Source of the DNA: a virus
Direction: 5' to 3' (one strand)
DNA length: 64,000 nucleotides
Virus record (IMG/VR): IMGVR_UViG_3300030107_004238
Coordinates: 7,969-71,968 of that record
Shown piece by piece: positions 32,001-39,879 of the stretch (the stretch's first letter is position 1; every line of letters starts with the position of its first letter). The translations under genes and the position numbers were made by a program. The notes beneath the pieces are model-generated. The model was not told the DNA's origin, did not search any database, and was given only the letters and a program-made list of their open reading frames with translations.

Positions 32001-34718
32001 TACGATGTTCAAATGTTATTTGTAGAAACATCACTGGATGTAGCTTTAGAAAGAAATAAACTTAGAAAAGAAAGATCATTAAGAGATAGTATTGTAAAAA
32101 GAAACCACGAAGCGGTACAAAAAAATAAATCTGAATTTAAAGAAATATTTGGCAAAGGATTTACAGAGATTAATACAGATAACTTAAAACAAAACGATCC
32201 AATACCAGCTAATGTATCAAATAAGATAAATGAATTTGTTACTGGCTATGAAAAAAGAAGATTAGATGCTGAAGAATTCGCTAGAGAAGGAGCTGACTTA
32301 CTAGCGCAGGGAGCTAAGTTTGATTTTTCAGAATTTAACGTTGTCATGGAAGGACAAACAGCACCATTGTTTAACAAGGCAATGAAATTACAAGATAAGT
32401 TTGGTAGTAAAGATATGTTCGTGTTAACAGCTAGACCAGCAGAATCAGCGCCACATATACATGAATTTTTAAAAGCTAATGGTTTAAATATACCATTAAA
32501 AAACATAACTGGTCTTGCTAATTCTACTGCAGAAGCTAAAGCGCTTTGGATAGCTGATAAAGTTGGTGAAGGTTATAATGATTTTTATTTTGCTGATGAT
32601 GCTTTGCAAAACGTTCAAGCTGTACAAAACATGTTAGATCAATTCGATGTTAAGTCTAAAGTCCAACAAGCTAAGATTAATTTTAGCAAAGGAGCTAAAG
32701 TACAGTTTAATGATATAATGCAAGACGTAACTGGCATTGATTCTAATAAAAGATTTTCATTGGCAAAAGCTAGAAAACGTGGAGAAAAGAAAGGAAGATT
32801 TAGACCTTTTATTCCACCATCACATGAGGATTTTATAGGGTTATTATACAACTTTATAGGTAAAGGAGAAAAAGGTAATCAACATAGAGACTTCTTTGAA
32901 AAGAACTTAATAAAACCATTGAATAGAGCTTATAATGAATTGAATGCTGCTAAACAAGTTATATCTAATGATTATAAAAACTTGATAAAGAAGTTTCCTG
33001 ATACTCGTAAAAAATTAACAAAGAAAACTCCAGATGGTGATTATACTTATGGTGACGCTTTGAGAGTATATCTTTGGGATAAGGCTGGGTTTGAAATACC
33101 GGGTATGTCTAAAACAGATGTAAAAGAATTAACTGATTTAGTAAAGTCAGATCCTAGTTTACAATCATTTGCGGATGCAGTTGGTTTAATATCTAGACAG
33201 AAAGAAGGGTATACAAAACCAAAAGAAGAGTGGGAAGTAGGTGATATAAGAACAGATTTAGCGGATGCTACTATGGACACTGGTAGACAAAAGTTTTTTG
33301 GAGAGTTTATAGAAAATGCAGATATAATTTTTGATAAAGAAAATTTAAATAAAATAGAAGCTGCTTTTGGAAGAGACTTTAGAGAAGCTTTAGAAGATAT
33401 GTTATACAGAATTAAGAATGGTAGAAAGAGGCCAACTGGTAACAACAAACTTGTAAATAGATTTACTGAATGGATAAACGGAGCTGTTGGATCAACAATG
33501 TTTATAAACACTAGATCAGCCGTATTACAGCAATTATCTATGGTTAACTTTTTAAATTTTGAAGACAACAATATATTTACAGCTGCCAAAGCTTTTGCAA
33601 ATCAAAAACAATTTTGGAAAGATTATGCTAAAATATTTAATTCAGATTTCCTAAAACAAAGACGGTCAGGTATAGCTTTTGATGTAAACGGCGCTGAATT
33701 AGCTCAGGCAGTATCTAAGTCTAAAGAGCCTTTTAGAGCCGCTATAAGACATTTATTACAAAAAGGTTTTATATTAACCCAGTTAGGTGATAGTAATGCG
33801 ATAGCTATGGGTGGTGCTACATTTTATAGAAATAGAGTTAATAAATATTTAAAAGATGGTTTAAGTCAGAAGGAAGCCGAGACAAGAGCTTGGGATGATT
33901 TTGTTGCGATAGCTGAAACCACGCAGCAATCAGCTAGAGCTGATATGACATCGGGACAGCAAAATTCACCTCTTGGTAAATTTATATTAGCTTTTCAAAA
34001 TGTTACTTCTCAGTATAACAGAATAATGAAAAAAGCTGGTTTGGATTTAATCAATAGAAGAAAATCACCACCTTATACTAGCCAAGTAAAAAGTGATATG
34101 GCTAATATTTCTAAAATAATATATTACGGGGCTATACAAAACGCTGTGTTCTATGGGTTACAAACAGCTTTATTTGCAATGATGTTTAGTGATGATGAAA
34201 AAGACGAAGAATTCTTTAAAAAGAAAAGAGATCGGGTGATTCATGGTAGTATAGATAGTATACTAAGAGGTATGGGTGTTGGTGGAGCTATAATCTCTAC
34301 GCTTATAAACACAGCTATGAAATTTGCAGCTGAACAAAATAAAGATTGGAATAGTTCAACTAGCATCTTAATGAATGAATTACTTCAATTATCACCACCT
34401 CTTGGTATTAAAGCTAGAAAACTAACTAGTGCTGAAAAAACACTAAAATATAATAAGAAGACTATTGAAAAAATGGATACGTTTGATTTAGAAAACCCGC
34501 TTTGGGAAGCTACATCAAACATTGTTGAGGGCACAACAAACGCTCCAGTTAACAGATTGCATAGATTAGTTACAAATACTGGAGAAGCTCTTAACGCTGA
34601 AAATGAATGGTGGCAAAGATTAGCATTGGGCTTAGGATGGAGCACTTGGGATGTTGGTATAAATACAAAGGAAAAATTGAAGAAGAAAAAGAGTAAAAGA
34701 AAAATTAGATTAAATTAA
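26037..34718 (+). CDS. Giant polyvalent (putatively virion-ejected) protein: TM-like segments, HExxH motif, sigma-70 region-2-like domain, HAD phosphatase with nested P-loop kinase
   Basis: IHELQH (~28857); PITSRIA...GILDLIREYKPESGVPLAAYINKFLPAR (~29420-29600); VLDFDDTL (~31590); GGAGSGKS (~31695) with VVIDGTG and VETSLDVALERN; VLTARP (~32421); FADDALQNV (~32590). Confidence 0.75.
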   Translation: MFEIYEVNGQRYEVSPDQLEKFFKDFPNATKVGKTSDSASADPTAESSDMGSILENGSLALPEAKDSKDIVRNLPLIDDAVTYDKDPVLKENILNSFFNTDNLFRPRAIDETQAPVTFSGIDRPSYGIHSNITVQGTDTEYKNTEEEDLINYFGKDKYNLYKKYLETGDLKTEDIPENLSKGFEDIKNEETSKRSSRLKKLYLDQNDHIKIGDSFYDGVAMDEDERGLYSTDFIDLYGEQEDLAKELTSGWRDHRGYTSNKTVFQTQKQKKGIAEKTVKMQNQYLTDLSTVLEEDYAAYEEYLKSLNIKSVDDLSTFINDPNIDINTRKEVLAKNRVMSKRLNDFKTMATKFDDRVAALSALDKSYDWGYRVGLSIERDIFGELFGAGKAIVALGAQETLGKDSEISKYLKDSYVSHIDYVESLKQKKEANLPQDTKFEDINSWNSFGDFVGEQLGNNILSVSTAGAYGLAVKTGSKQAAKWAGRAVLGTFFGVEGMGKVSEMEIAQKHAAENIKFIDEALADENTTPDVRIRLEEQKEFNEKALNYSQAERAFMGMTYGGIAAVAERMGTMRWIEDLYGTSKVVGPLTFKSGLHRAKNFILKVPGTEMLEETATQVGHNLMDVLILKENKSLIEGLDPDFFASVFVTSMAIGGPGVAGGVRNAFRGALQTREETKKFRDLKSEYAENHFILNQSHNRSQGGINKKQADVIKARQAEILKEIEVHDISSFNKIADLDSKQVENLFEVDRKQREIWKRNAQLGAIGKENKSILRESKKLNKEYNDLQSEKDAILESPARKREDKLKETAKEQGLEESAAMKQAWNYGRAAYYDNLVKGLGSKVKRFDGENMEQDLNKYLDEAIKSGKLKDKKLKDGTVITAEMQKKQIIESAKTKKNLDGSLNIGANGTFVGNDIITFENNRRLNMLYGNDLEKADAMQVAIHELQHKYDINKGLVKDGKVVASHKPLVTALKQHVKELYKRGDIDKKTYNQFKQRVDQYSDKVNKNKVVDQTELLTLLGTMKRAGMLKEEKSSPLYAAKSFINKVRAMVHGDNHTLLDMNTTKDVLRYIDTFNKRVEQGKKVAATIPEEEAISKLSKGMTNKAASDNVQRIYEEQGEGGAMDIIEQFKPITSRIAERRREAPNYDKELLMSEIEIGERGILDLIREYKPESGVPLAAYINKFLPARAIEASKRVLGEEFIEDISERVDIAAEEVTQEVKTKPKKKKIVLADRLGVTEEVAKAIKKIMPKIDFNKETFKTLKNQIPEITGEMFGIAPKKIKNLANLTKKELQSAQMFINKNANLLINMLPEGATAGGTATGVPNTLLKAFYTKTDRAKMVKTGSKAGLAVQQKNKIDKKEFLETFGIIDGKPIRTDRNTSARVLALANLTGKMITNQAVRQSLISGGKTVGEVTSLSDGKSVTMFSLGSRIKVTGPISEQAQRLADQIGKKATYDNMVKAAGLDIDTGELKLKPIDLTTEKGRQEYIGFIVEVLAPVFPKDILLAMSGSFARGDSAIEKANKNKFLFQNKEQFEIFLETLEATGVVFGQDMTVEDRNDILNAIKREGYGKATSKTQNKKMKDEDLKASKKRGFKLIWKSIQDNIQNDQRTIPGFALMLSSSSRFQGHFTRTGAIIDFVNSLTGKNREEHTSPITALGKYLFLHAITGDLFTGGKNSIFENATKSYFQGSLPVFMDNRLKLKGSYDYSSLPPIEHLEGILKGDISIWARYFHPNVNNNFNTDLDSMSKEDIANELHKIGGINPNVIYLANGNTIAQEFGVDVNVKITPQIVAAQQDLIYRMAIGEKISKSKIKSVLDSAVNLKIEKNLKENKTLNDAAVQGRKIIKESKGITVLDFDDTLATTKSGVRATIPNLDGTPKPGRKAILLAGGAGSGKSNVVKQLGLVKDGFKVVNQDIALEWLKKNAGIPTDMRDLTREQLSTLGKLSWEARKIAKRKYGKFKGQGDGVVIDGTGGSVKNIQTQKAELEAAGYDVQMLFVETSLDVALERNKLRKERSLRDSIVKRNHEAVQKNKSEFKEIFGKGFTEINTDNLKQNDPIPANVSNKINEFVTGYEKRRLDAEEFAREGADLLAQGAKFDFSEFNVVMEGQTAPLFNKAMKLQDKFGSKDMFVLTARPAESAPHIHEFLKANGLNIPLKNITGLANSTAEAKALWIADKVGEGYNDFYFADDALQNVQAVQNMLDQFDVKSKVQQAKINFSKGAKVQFNDIMQDVTGIDSNKRFSLAKARKRGEKKGRFRPFIPPSHEDFIGLLYNFIGKGEKGNQHRDFFEKNLIKPLNRAYNELNAAKQVISNDYKNLIKKFPDTRKKLTKKTPDGDYTYGDALRVYLWDKAGFEIPGMSKTDVKELTDLVKSDPSLQSFADAVGLISRQKEGYTKPKEEWEVGDIRTDLADATMDTGRQKFFGEFIENADIIFDKENLNKIEAAFGRDFREALEDMLYRIKNGRKRPTGNNKLVNRFTEWINGAVGSTMFINTRSAVLQQLSMVNFLNFEDNNIFTAAKAFANQKQFWKDYAKIFNSDFLKQRRSGIAFDVNGAELAQAVSKSKEPFRAAIRHLLQKGFILTQLGDSNAIAMGGATFYRNRVNKYLKDGLSQKEAETRAWDDFVAIAETTQQSARADMTSGQQNSPLGKFILAFQNVTSQYNRIMKKAGLDLINRRKSPPYTSQVKSDMANISKIIYYGAIQNAVFYGLQTALFAMMFSDDEKDEEFFKKKRDRVIHGSIDSILRGMGVGGAIISTLINTAMKFAAEQNKDWNSSTSILMNELLQLSPPLGIKARKLTSAEKTLKYNKKTIEKMDTFDLENPLWEATSNIVEGTTNAPVNRLHRLVTNTGEALNAENEWWQRLALGLGWSTWDVGINTKEKLKKKKSKRKIRLN

Positions 34719-34719
34719 T

Positions 34720-35802
34720 ATGAAAAATATAATATCTATTTTATTAATGTGTATAGCATTTTCATCTAGTGCGCAAAAATGGGATTACAATAGTTGGTTT
34801 AAAAAGACCACTAAGTTTTCAACTTTATATGCTGCTGTTAATGGAGGTACCTCTTTATCAGATGTAAATGTGTTTTCTGTAGATAACGGCCTGTCAACAC
34901 AAACCATAGAAACACCTTATGATTATAACTTAACACTAGGTGTTCGTAAAATTGCAAGATTTGGTTATGAAAATAAAGCTAAAGCTTTTTACGATGGTAC
35001 TGAAACAAATTATAGTGATGCTGCTAGTGTTGGTAAAGTAAAAGGATTAGAATATTTATTTGAAATAGATATTAAACGTCAAGAGGGTGTAGACTATTTA
35101 GATCAACATCATTTTATTAGATATAGCTCTGATGATAATTGTGATGGTCCTTTTTGTGTAAGTCATTTTTCTATGAAAGTTGAGTACTTGCAAGATGGTT
35201 TTGCTGATGTAGAGTATTTTGAAGCTTCAGAGAGATATAGATATAAATATAGTGGTGATTTAGCTTTTAGTATAGGATTAACACAAAGGTTAGCAGAACC
35301 GTATGGTTATGATCCTTTAGCGGAGTGGATATTGGACAATGGAAACATACACTATACTTATTTGGCTTTACAAGAGGGTTATAATGTAGACGTATATAAT
35401 TCTATTTATACAGACCCCTCTGGTGAGGTAGTAGCTACAAGCCCAGAAGTTTGGGAAGCTGTTGTGATACCACAAATGTTATCTAATTATGTAGATAAAA
35501 AAAGAAACTCTTTAAGCAGAATAATGCAACAATCTTTAGTTTTAGGATTTGATTATTACAAGTATACTAAAAATAGATGGTTACACGCTTGGGGAAGTGT
35601 CATGCCCTTACACTATAATGACGGGAGAGAGTTTATGTATCATAACTACGTGGGAGGACAATGGAACGACTTCGCTGGCGGTATAATATTTGGACAAAAA
35701 ATGAGCAAACAATTAGGTGTATTTATTGAAGGAAAGTATAATAAATATTGGAATCGTGAATGGTATGATTTTAAGTGTGGAATAAATTATGTAATCTTTT
35801 AA
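34720..35802 (+). CDS. Putative outer-membrane beta-barrel protein with signal peptide
   Basis: Sec signal MKNIISILLMCIAFSSSA/Q; aromatic-rich alternating strands; C-terminus YDFKCGINYVIF ends in Phe (beta-signal-like). Confidence 0.6.
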   Translation: MKNIISILLMCIAFSSSAQKWDYNSWFKKTTKFSTLYAAVNGGTSLSDVNVFSVDNGLSTQTIETPYDYNLTLGVRKIARFGYENKAKAFYDGTETNYSDAASVGKVKGLEYLFEIDIKRQEGVDYLDQHHFIRYSSDDNCDGPFCVSHFSMKVEYLQDGFADVEYFEASERYRYKYSGDLAFSIGLTQRLAEPYGYDPLAEWILDNGNIHYTYLALQEGYNVDVYNSIYTDPSGEVVATSPEVWEAVVIPQMLSNYVDKKRNSLSRIMQQSLVLGFDYYKYTKNRWLHAWGSVMPLHYNDGREFMYHNYVGGQWNDFAGGIIFGQKMSKQLGVFIEGKYNKYWNREWYDFKCGINYVIF

Positions 35803-35821
35803 ACTATAATAAAGTATAAAA

Positions 35822-36100
35822 ATGGCAAAAGAATTAAATGAAGACACAGGGTTTACAATAAGTGTAAAAACCTTAATAGCAATAGGGTTTGCTATGGCAA
35901 GTATAATAGGTATGTGGTTTATGTTACAAGCTGATATAGCTGAAGCAAGAGAATTACCAGTCATACCTCCTGATGAGGTTACTCGTATGGAATTTGATAT
36001 GAAAGATCAAATGATACGTCAAACTATTATGACCACTCAAGAAGACGTTAAAGACATAAAAAAATCTATAGAGAAAATAGAAGATAAACTTTATAAATAA
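35822..36100 (+). CDS. Single-pass membrane protein with C-terminal coiled coil
   Basis: TM segment LIAIGFAMASIIGMWFML; DVKDIKKSIEKIEDKL heptads. Confidence 0.65.
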   Translation: MAKELNEDTGFTISVKTLIAIGFAMASIIGMWFMLQADIAEARELPVIPPDEVTRMEFDMKDQMIRQTIMTTQEDVKDIKKSIEKIEDKLYK

Positions 36101-36111
36101 AATTAAATTAA

Positions 36112-36480
36112 ATGAAAACAATAGGTACTACTTGGAGAATTTTTAGTTTGTACATGTTAATTATTATCGCTATGATGATCATAAGCGCAACACCTGTTAA
36201 CGCACAGATCAAAGTAATACAGTTTAACGCTGAGTGGAACAAAGCGAACGGTGTTGATTGGATACAAAGTTTAACCGATTGCAACACTATAGCTTATGTA
36301 GATGTTGGTAAAGACAAAGAGGCTCAAACAAAATATAAAATAGCGGTTTTACCTACTGTTATAATATTTAAAGACAACGAAGAAGTTGCTAGATTCCAAG
36401 CTGATTTATCATTTAAAATGGTAGCAACAAAAGAGGAGATACAGGAAGAAATAGATAATCAATTAATGAGTGACTTTTAG
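36112..36480 (+). CDS. Exported thioredoxin-fold protein lacking CxxC
   Basis: Signal peptide ending PVNA/Q; VIQFNAEWN in place of F-x-A-x-W-C-x-x-C; YKIAVLPTVIIFKDNEEVARF cis-Pro region. Confidence 0.65.
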   Translation: MKTIGTTWRIFSLYMLIIIAMMIISATPVNAQIKVIQFNAEWNKANGVDWIQSLTDCNTIAYVDVGKDKEAQTKYKIAVLPTVIIFKDNEEVARFQADLSFKMVATKEEIQEEIDNQLMSDF

Positions 36481-36481
36481 T

Positions 36482-36703
36482 ATGTGGAAATTATTTCAAG
36501 ACAAAAACGATATAAATGAAAAGAATATAATTGGCTTTATATCTTTTGGAGTAATGGTGTTATTTGCAATTACAGATCTTATAACTAGTTTCATATATGA
36601 GAACGGAACGTTAGTGATTAATGATACAATATATAATTCTTTTGTTCTTGTAACACTAGGGTGTTTTGGCATTAGTACATTTGAAAAAATTAAAACAAAA
36701 TAA
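36482..36703 (+). CDS. Small two-TM membrane protein (holin-like)
   Basis: Two hydrophobic helices and a basic C-terminus; likely start MWKLF at 36482. Confidence 0.55.
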   Translation: MWKLFQDKNDINEKNIIGFISFGVMVLFAITDLITSFIYENGTLVINDTIYNSFVLVTLGCFGISTFEKIKTK

Positions 36704-39700
36704 TGAAAAAGATTTTATATTTACTAGGATTAATAATATTAATATCGTGTAGCGCACAAAAAAAATGTTGTGCACAGGTAAACACCTTTCCATGGGTGTA
36801 TGACTTTGAGAGTATTATAGGATTGGAACAAGAAGTGAATGATGATGGTGATTGGTGGTTAATGCAAGGTCCAACAACTTCTGTTAACACTGGTCCTCCA
36901 GGAGATCACACTTATGGCAATGGTATTTATTATTATGTAGAATCTTCTTCGCCTAACTTCCCTAACAAAACGTTTGTGGCGTATACACCTAAATTTGATG
37001 TATCACAAACACCAGGTAAAGTGTTATCTTTCTGGTACCATATGTATGGCGCTGCTATGGGTGATTTGGAGGTTGGTTATATAGATAATGGTGGTTATAC
37101 AAGTTTAGGTGTTATATCTGGGAATCAAGGGAATCAATGGAAATTCGCTTACTACCCTATAGCCGCTACAGATTCTTTTACAATAGCTTTTACAGCTGTA
37201 ACTGGTTCTAGTTATACTAGTGATATAGCTATAGATGATATAATGGTTAGCGATCCGTTTAACGTTGTGTTTGGTTGTACTGATATTGTTTCTTCTAACT
37301 ACGATTCAACAGCTACGCATGATAATGGTAGTTGTATTTATTATTTTGGGTGTATAGATCCTACAGCAACTAATTATAATCCTTGGGCAAATGTTGATGA
37401 TGGTAGTTGTGTGCAAAACGTTTCTTGTGACACAACCCAATCTTTAATTGATGTGGCTATAAAATTAGACAATTGGCCTAGTGAAACTTCTTGGGAAGTA
37501 GTAGCTAATGGTAGCGTGATATATTCTGTTCCAACTGGTACTTATGATTACACACAAACAGGACAAACAGTACACACGCAGGTTTGTATACCTATAAGTG
37601 ATACAATAGTATTTACGATTAACGATACTTATGGTGATGGTATTGGAGGTGGTTCTGTAGTTGGTAGTTGTTTAGTAACTAACTTAGATTGTGAAGACAC
37701 ATTATTCTTATTAAGTCCACCAAATTTTGGATATACAGCGTCGTCTAACCCATATATATCTGATACTTGTAACAATGATAGTATTGTATTTGGCTGCACA
37801 ACTCCTAGTTATTTAGAATATGATTCTTTAGCTACACACGATGATGGAAGTTGTATGACATTAGCTACTTATGGCTGTACAGATCCAGCTGCATTTAATT
37901 ATGATCCAGCAGCTGATAGAATGCTGTTGACATCGCCTTGTACTTACGATTTAATACTGTATGATGATGGTGGTGATTCATGGGGAGCTTGTTGGTTAGG
38001 TGTTGAGCAGGGGGATTCTTTATGGCAATTTAAAATAGATCAAAATGGAGTTTATTCTGATACGTTTGCATTAACACTTAATTCTAACGACGAGGTGTAT
38101 TTTTACTACTTTGAAATACCTACACCTCAACAGAATCCACAACAGCTAGATATACAAACAATACAAAACTCTTTTAAAGTAGAAAACAATTATGGAGTTA
38201 TAATACACGAAGGTAATAATCCTTGGCCTGGTCCAAATGAAAATAAATTAAGAAATTATAGAAACGCTCTAGATATATATGAAGCGCAACCATTCTGTGG
38301 GGTCGAATGTATACCTGTTGTTGTAGGTTGTATGGATAGTGTAGCTTACAACTATAATGATTTAGCTAATACCAACGACACTTGTTATTACAACCCCGGT
38401 TGTACTAACCCAGGGTACTTAGAATATTATACACAAAATTATACAGCAGATATAGATGATGGGAGTTGTTTAACCTTAGCAATATTTGGTTGCACAGATT
38501 CCACTGCTTTTAATTATAATAATACAGCCAATGTAGACAATGGTGGGTGTATCGCGATAGTACTAGGGTGTATGAATTCTTTAGCTTTTAATTACAATCC
38601 TCAAGCTAATACACCTGATACTTGCATACCAGTTATATATGGCTGTACTTCCCCTATCGCTTTTAACTATGATAGCTTAGCTAATACAGATGATGGTAGT
38701 TGTATAGGGGTGGTTTATGGGTGTACTGATAGCACAATGTGGAATTTTATGCCTAGTGCGAATGTTGATGATTCTAGCTGTATACCATTTATCTATGGTT
38801 GTATGGATCCTACTATGTTTAATTATGATCCAAGTGCTAATACAGACAACGGGGCGTGTATACCATTTGTTTATGGGTGTATTGATTCTACAATGTTTAA
38901 TTACGATCCATTAGCGAATACCGATAATGGAAGTTGTATTCCATTTATTTATGGATGTACTAATCCAATAGCATTGAATTACGATCCTTTAGCTAATACC
39001 GATGATTTCTCTTGTGTGTTACCTATATATGGATGTATGGATTCTACAGCGTTTAATTATAACCCACTTGCTAATGTAGATAACGGAAGTTGTATTCCTA
39101 TTATATTAGGATGCACGGATCCAACGGCGTTAAACTATTGTGATAGTTGTAATACAGATGATTTTAGTTGTATACTTCCTATATATGGATGTACAGATAG
39201 CACTATGTTTAATTATAATCCTTTAGCAAATGTTGATAACAATTCCTGTATCCCTTATATTTATGGCTGTACTGACCCTAGTATGCTTAATTACAACCCT
39301 AACGCTAACACCGAAGACTTCAGTTGTGTTCCTTATATTTATGGGTGTACTGATAGTATTGCTCTTAATTATGATTCACTTGCTAATACTGACAATGGCT
39401 CGTGCATTTCTATTGTTGAAGGATGCATGGACCCTTCAGCGTGGAATTATGATATACTAGCTAACGTTAACGATTCTAACTCTTGTTTGTATAACGCCGG
39501 TTGTGTTACTGGCGCAGGAAACCCTTATTGGTTAAATGATCCTTGCTACGCTTGGGTTATTTCAGTAGATGATTACTGTTGTGAAAACGAATGGGATACA
39601 ATATGCCAAGCTACTTATAATTATTGTGAAGGAAGCTGGTTAGGGCCAATACCAACTAGATTAAGTTTAGAAGATTTAATTGTTTACCCAAATCCAACTA

Positions 39701-39879
39701 GCGATAAAATAAATATAAACAAAAAAGTTGACATTAGATTAATTAATACCTTAGGGGATGTGATTATATTAAAAAACAATATAAACGTCTTAGACGTGTC
39801 CTATTTAAGTCCTGGAATGTATACAATACAAATAATGTATAAAAATAAATCTTTTGTAAAAAGAATTATTAAAGAATGA
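36703..39879 (+). CDS. MAM-domain, Cys-repeat protein with a type IX secretion (type A) C-terminal sorting domain
   Basis: Signal peptide / possible lipobox LISC; MAM motifs GPPGDHT, LSFWYHMYG, GNQGNQW, DIAIDDI; about 19 GCTD..A.NY...AN.DDGSC repeats; CTD VYPNPTSD...LSPGMYTIQI...KRIIKE. Confidence 0.85.
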   Translation: MKKILYLLGLIILISCSAQKKCCAQVNTFPWVYDFESIIGLEQEVNDDGDWWLMQGPTTSVNTGPPGDHTYGNGIYYYVESSSPNFPNKTFVAYTPKFDVSQTPGKVLSFWYHMYGAAMGDLEVGYIDNGGYTSLGVISGNQGNQWKFAYYPIAATDSFTIAFTAVTGSSYTSDIAIDDIMVSDPFNVVFGCTDIVSSNYDSTATHDNGSCIYYFGCIDPTATNYNPWANVDDGSCVQNVSCDTTQSLIDVAIKLDNWPSETSWEVVANGSVIYSVPTGTYDYTQTGQTVHTQVCIPISDTIVFTINDTYGDGIGGGSVVGSCLVTNLDCEDTLFLLSPPNFGYTASSNPYISDTCNNDSIVFGCTTPSYLEYDSLATHDDGSCMTLATYGCTDPAAFNYDPAADRMLLTSPCTYDLILYDDGGDSWGACWLGVEQGDSLWQFKIDQNGVYSDTFALTLNSNDEVYFYYFEIPTPQQNPQQLDIQTIQNSFKVENNYGVIIHEGNNPWPGPNENKLRNYRNALDIYEAQPFCGVECIPVVVGCMDSVAYNYNDLANTNDTCYYNPGCTNPGYLEYYTQNYTADIDDGSCLTLAIFGCTDSTAFNYNNTANVDNGGCIAIVLGCMNSLAFNYNPQANTPDTCIPVIYGCTSPIAFNYDSLANTDDGSCIGVVYGCTDSTMWNFMPSANVDDSSCIPFIYGCMDPTMFNYDPSANTDNGACIPFVYGCIDSTMFNYDPLANTDNGSCIPFIYGCTNPIALNYDPLANTDDFSCVLPIYGCMDSTAFNYNPLANVDNGSCIPIILGCTDPTALNYCDSCNTDDFSCILPIYGCTDSTMFNYNPLANVDNNSCIPYIYGCTDPSMLNYNPNANTEDFSCVPYIYGCTDSIALNYDSLANTDNGSCISIVEGCMDPSAWNYDILANVNDSNSCLYNAGCVTGAGNPYWLNDPCYAWVISVDDYCCENEWDTICQATYNYCEGSWLGPIPTRLSLEDLIVYPNPTSDKININKKVDIRLINTLGDVIILKNNINVLDVSYLSPGMYTIQIMYKNKSFVKRIIKE
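38320..39490 (+). repeat. About 78-bp (26-aa) Cys-rich tandem coding repeats
   Basis: Consecutive YGCxDxxxxNYxPxANxDxxSCIP units, divergent at DNA level. Confidence 0.85.

Noticed and set aside
26037-34718. Virion RNA polymerase, as in crAss-like or N4 phages
   Set aside because: No DxDxD/NADFDGD or single-subunit RNAP motifs seen; the DFDD present belongs to HAD motif I (VLDFDDTL).
38320-39490. CRISPR-like or DGR template/variable repeats
   Set aside because: In-frame protein repeats with synonymous divergence; no reverse transcriptase and no adenine-specific pattern noticed.
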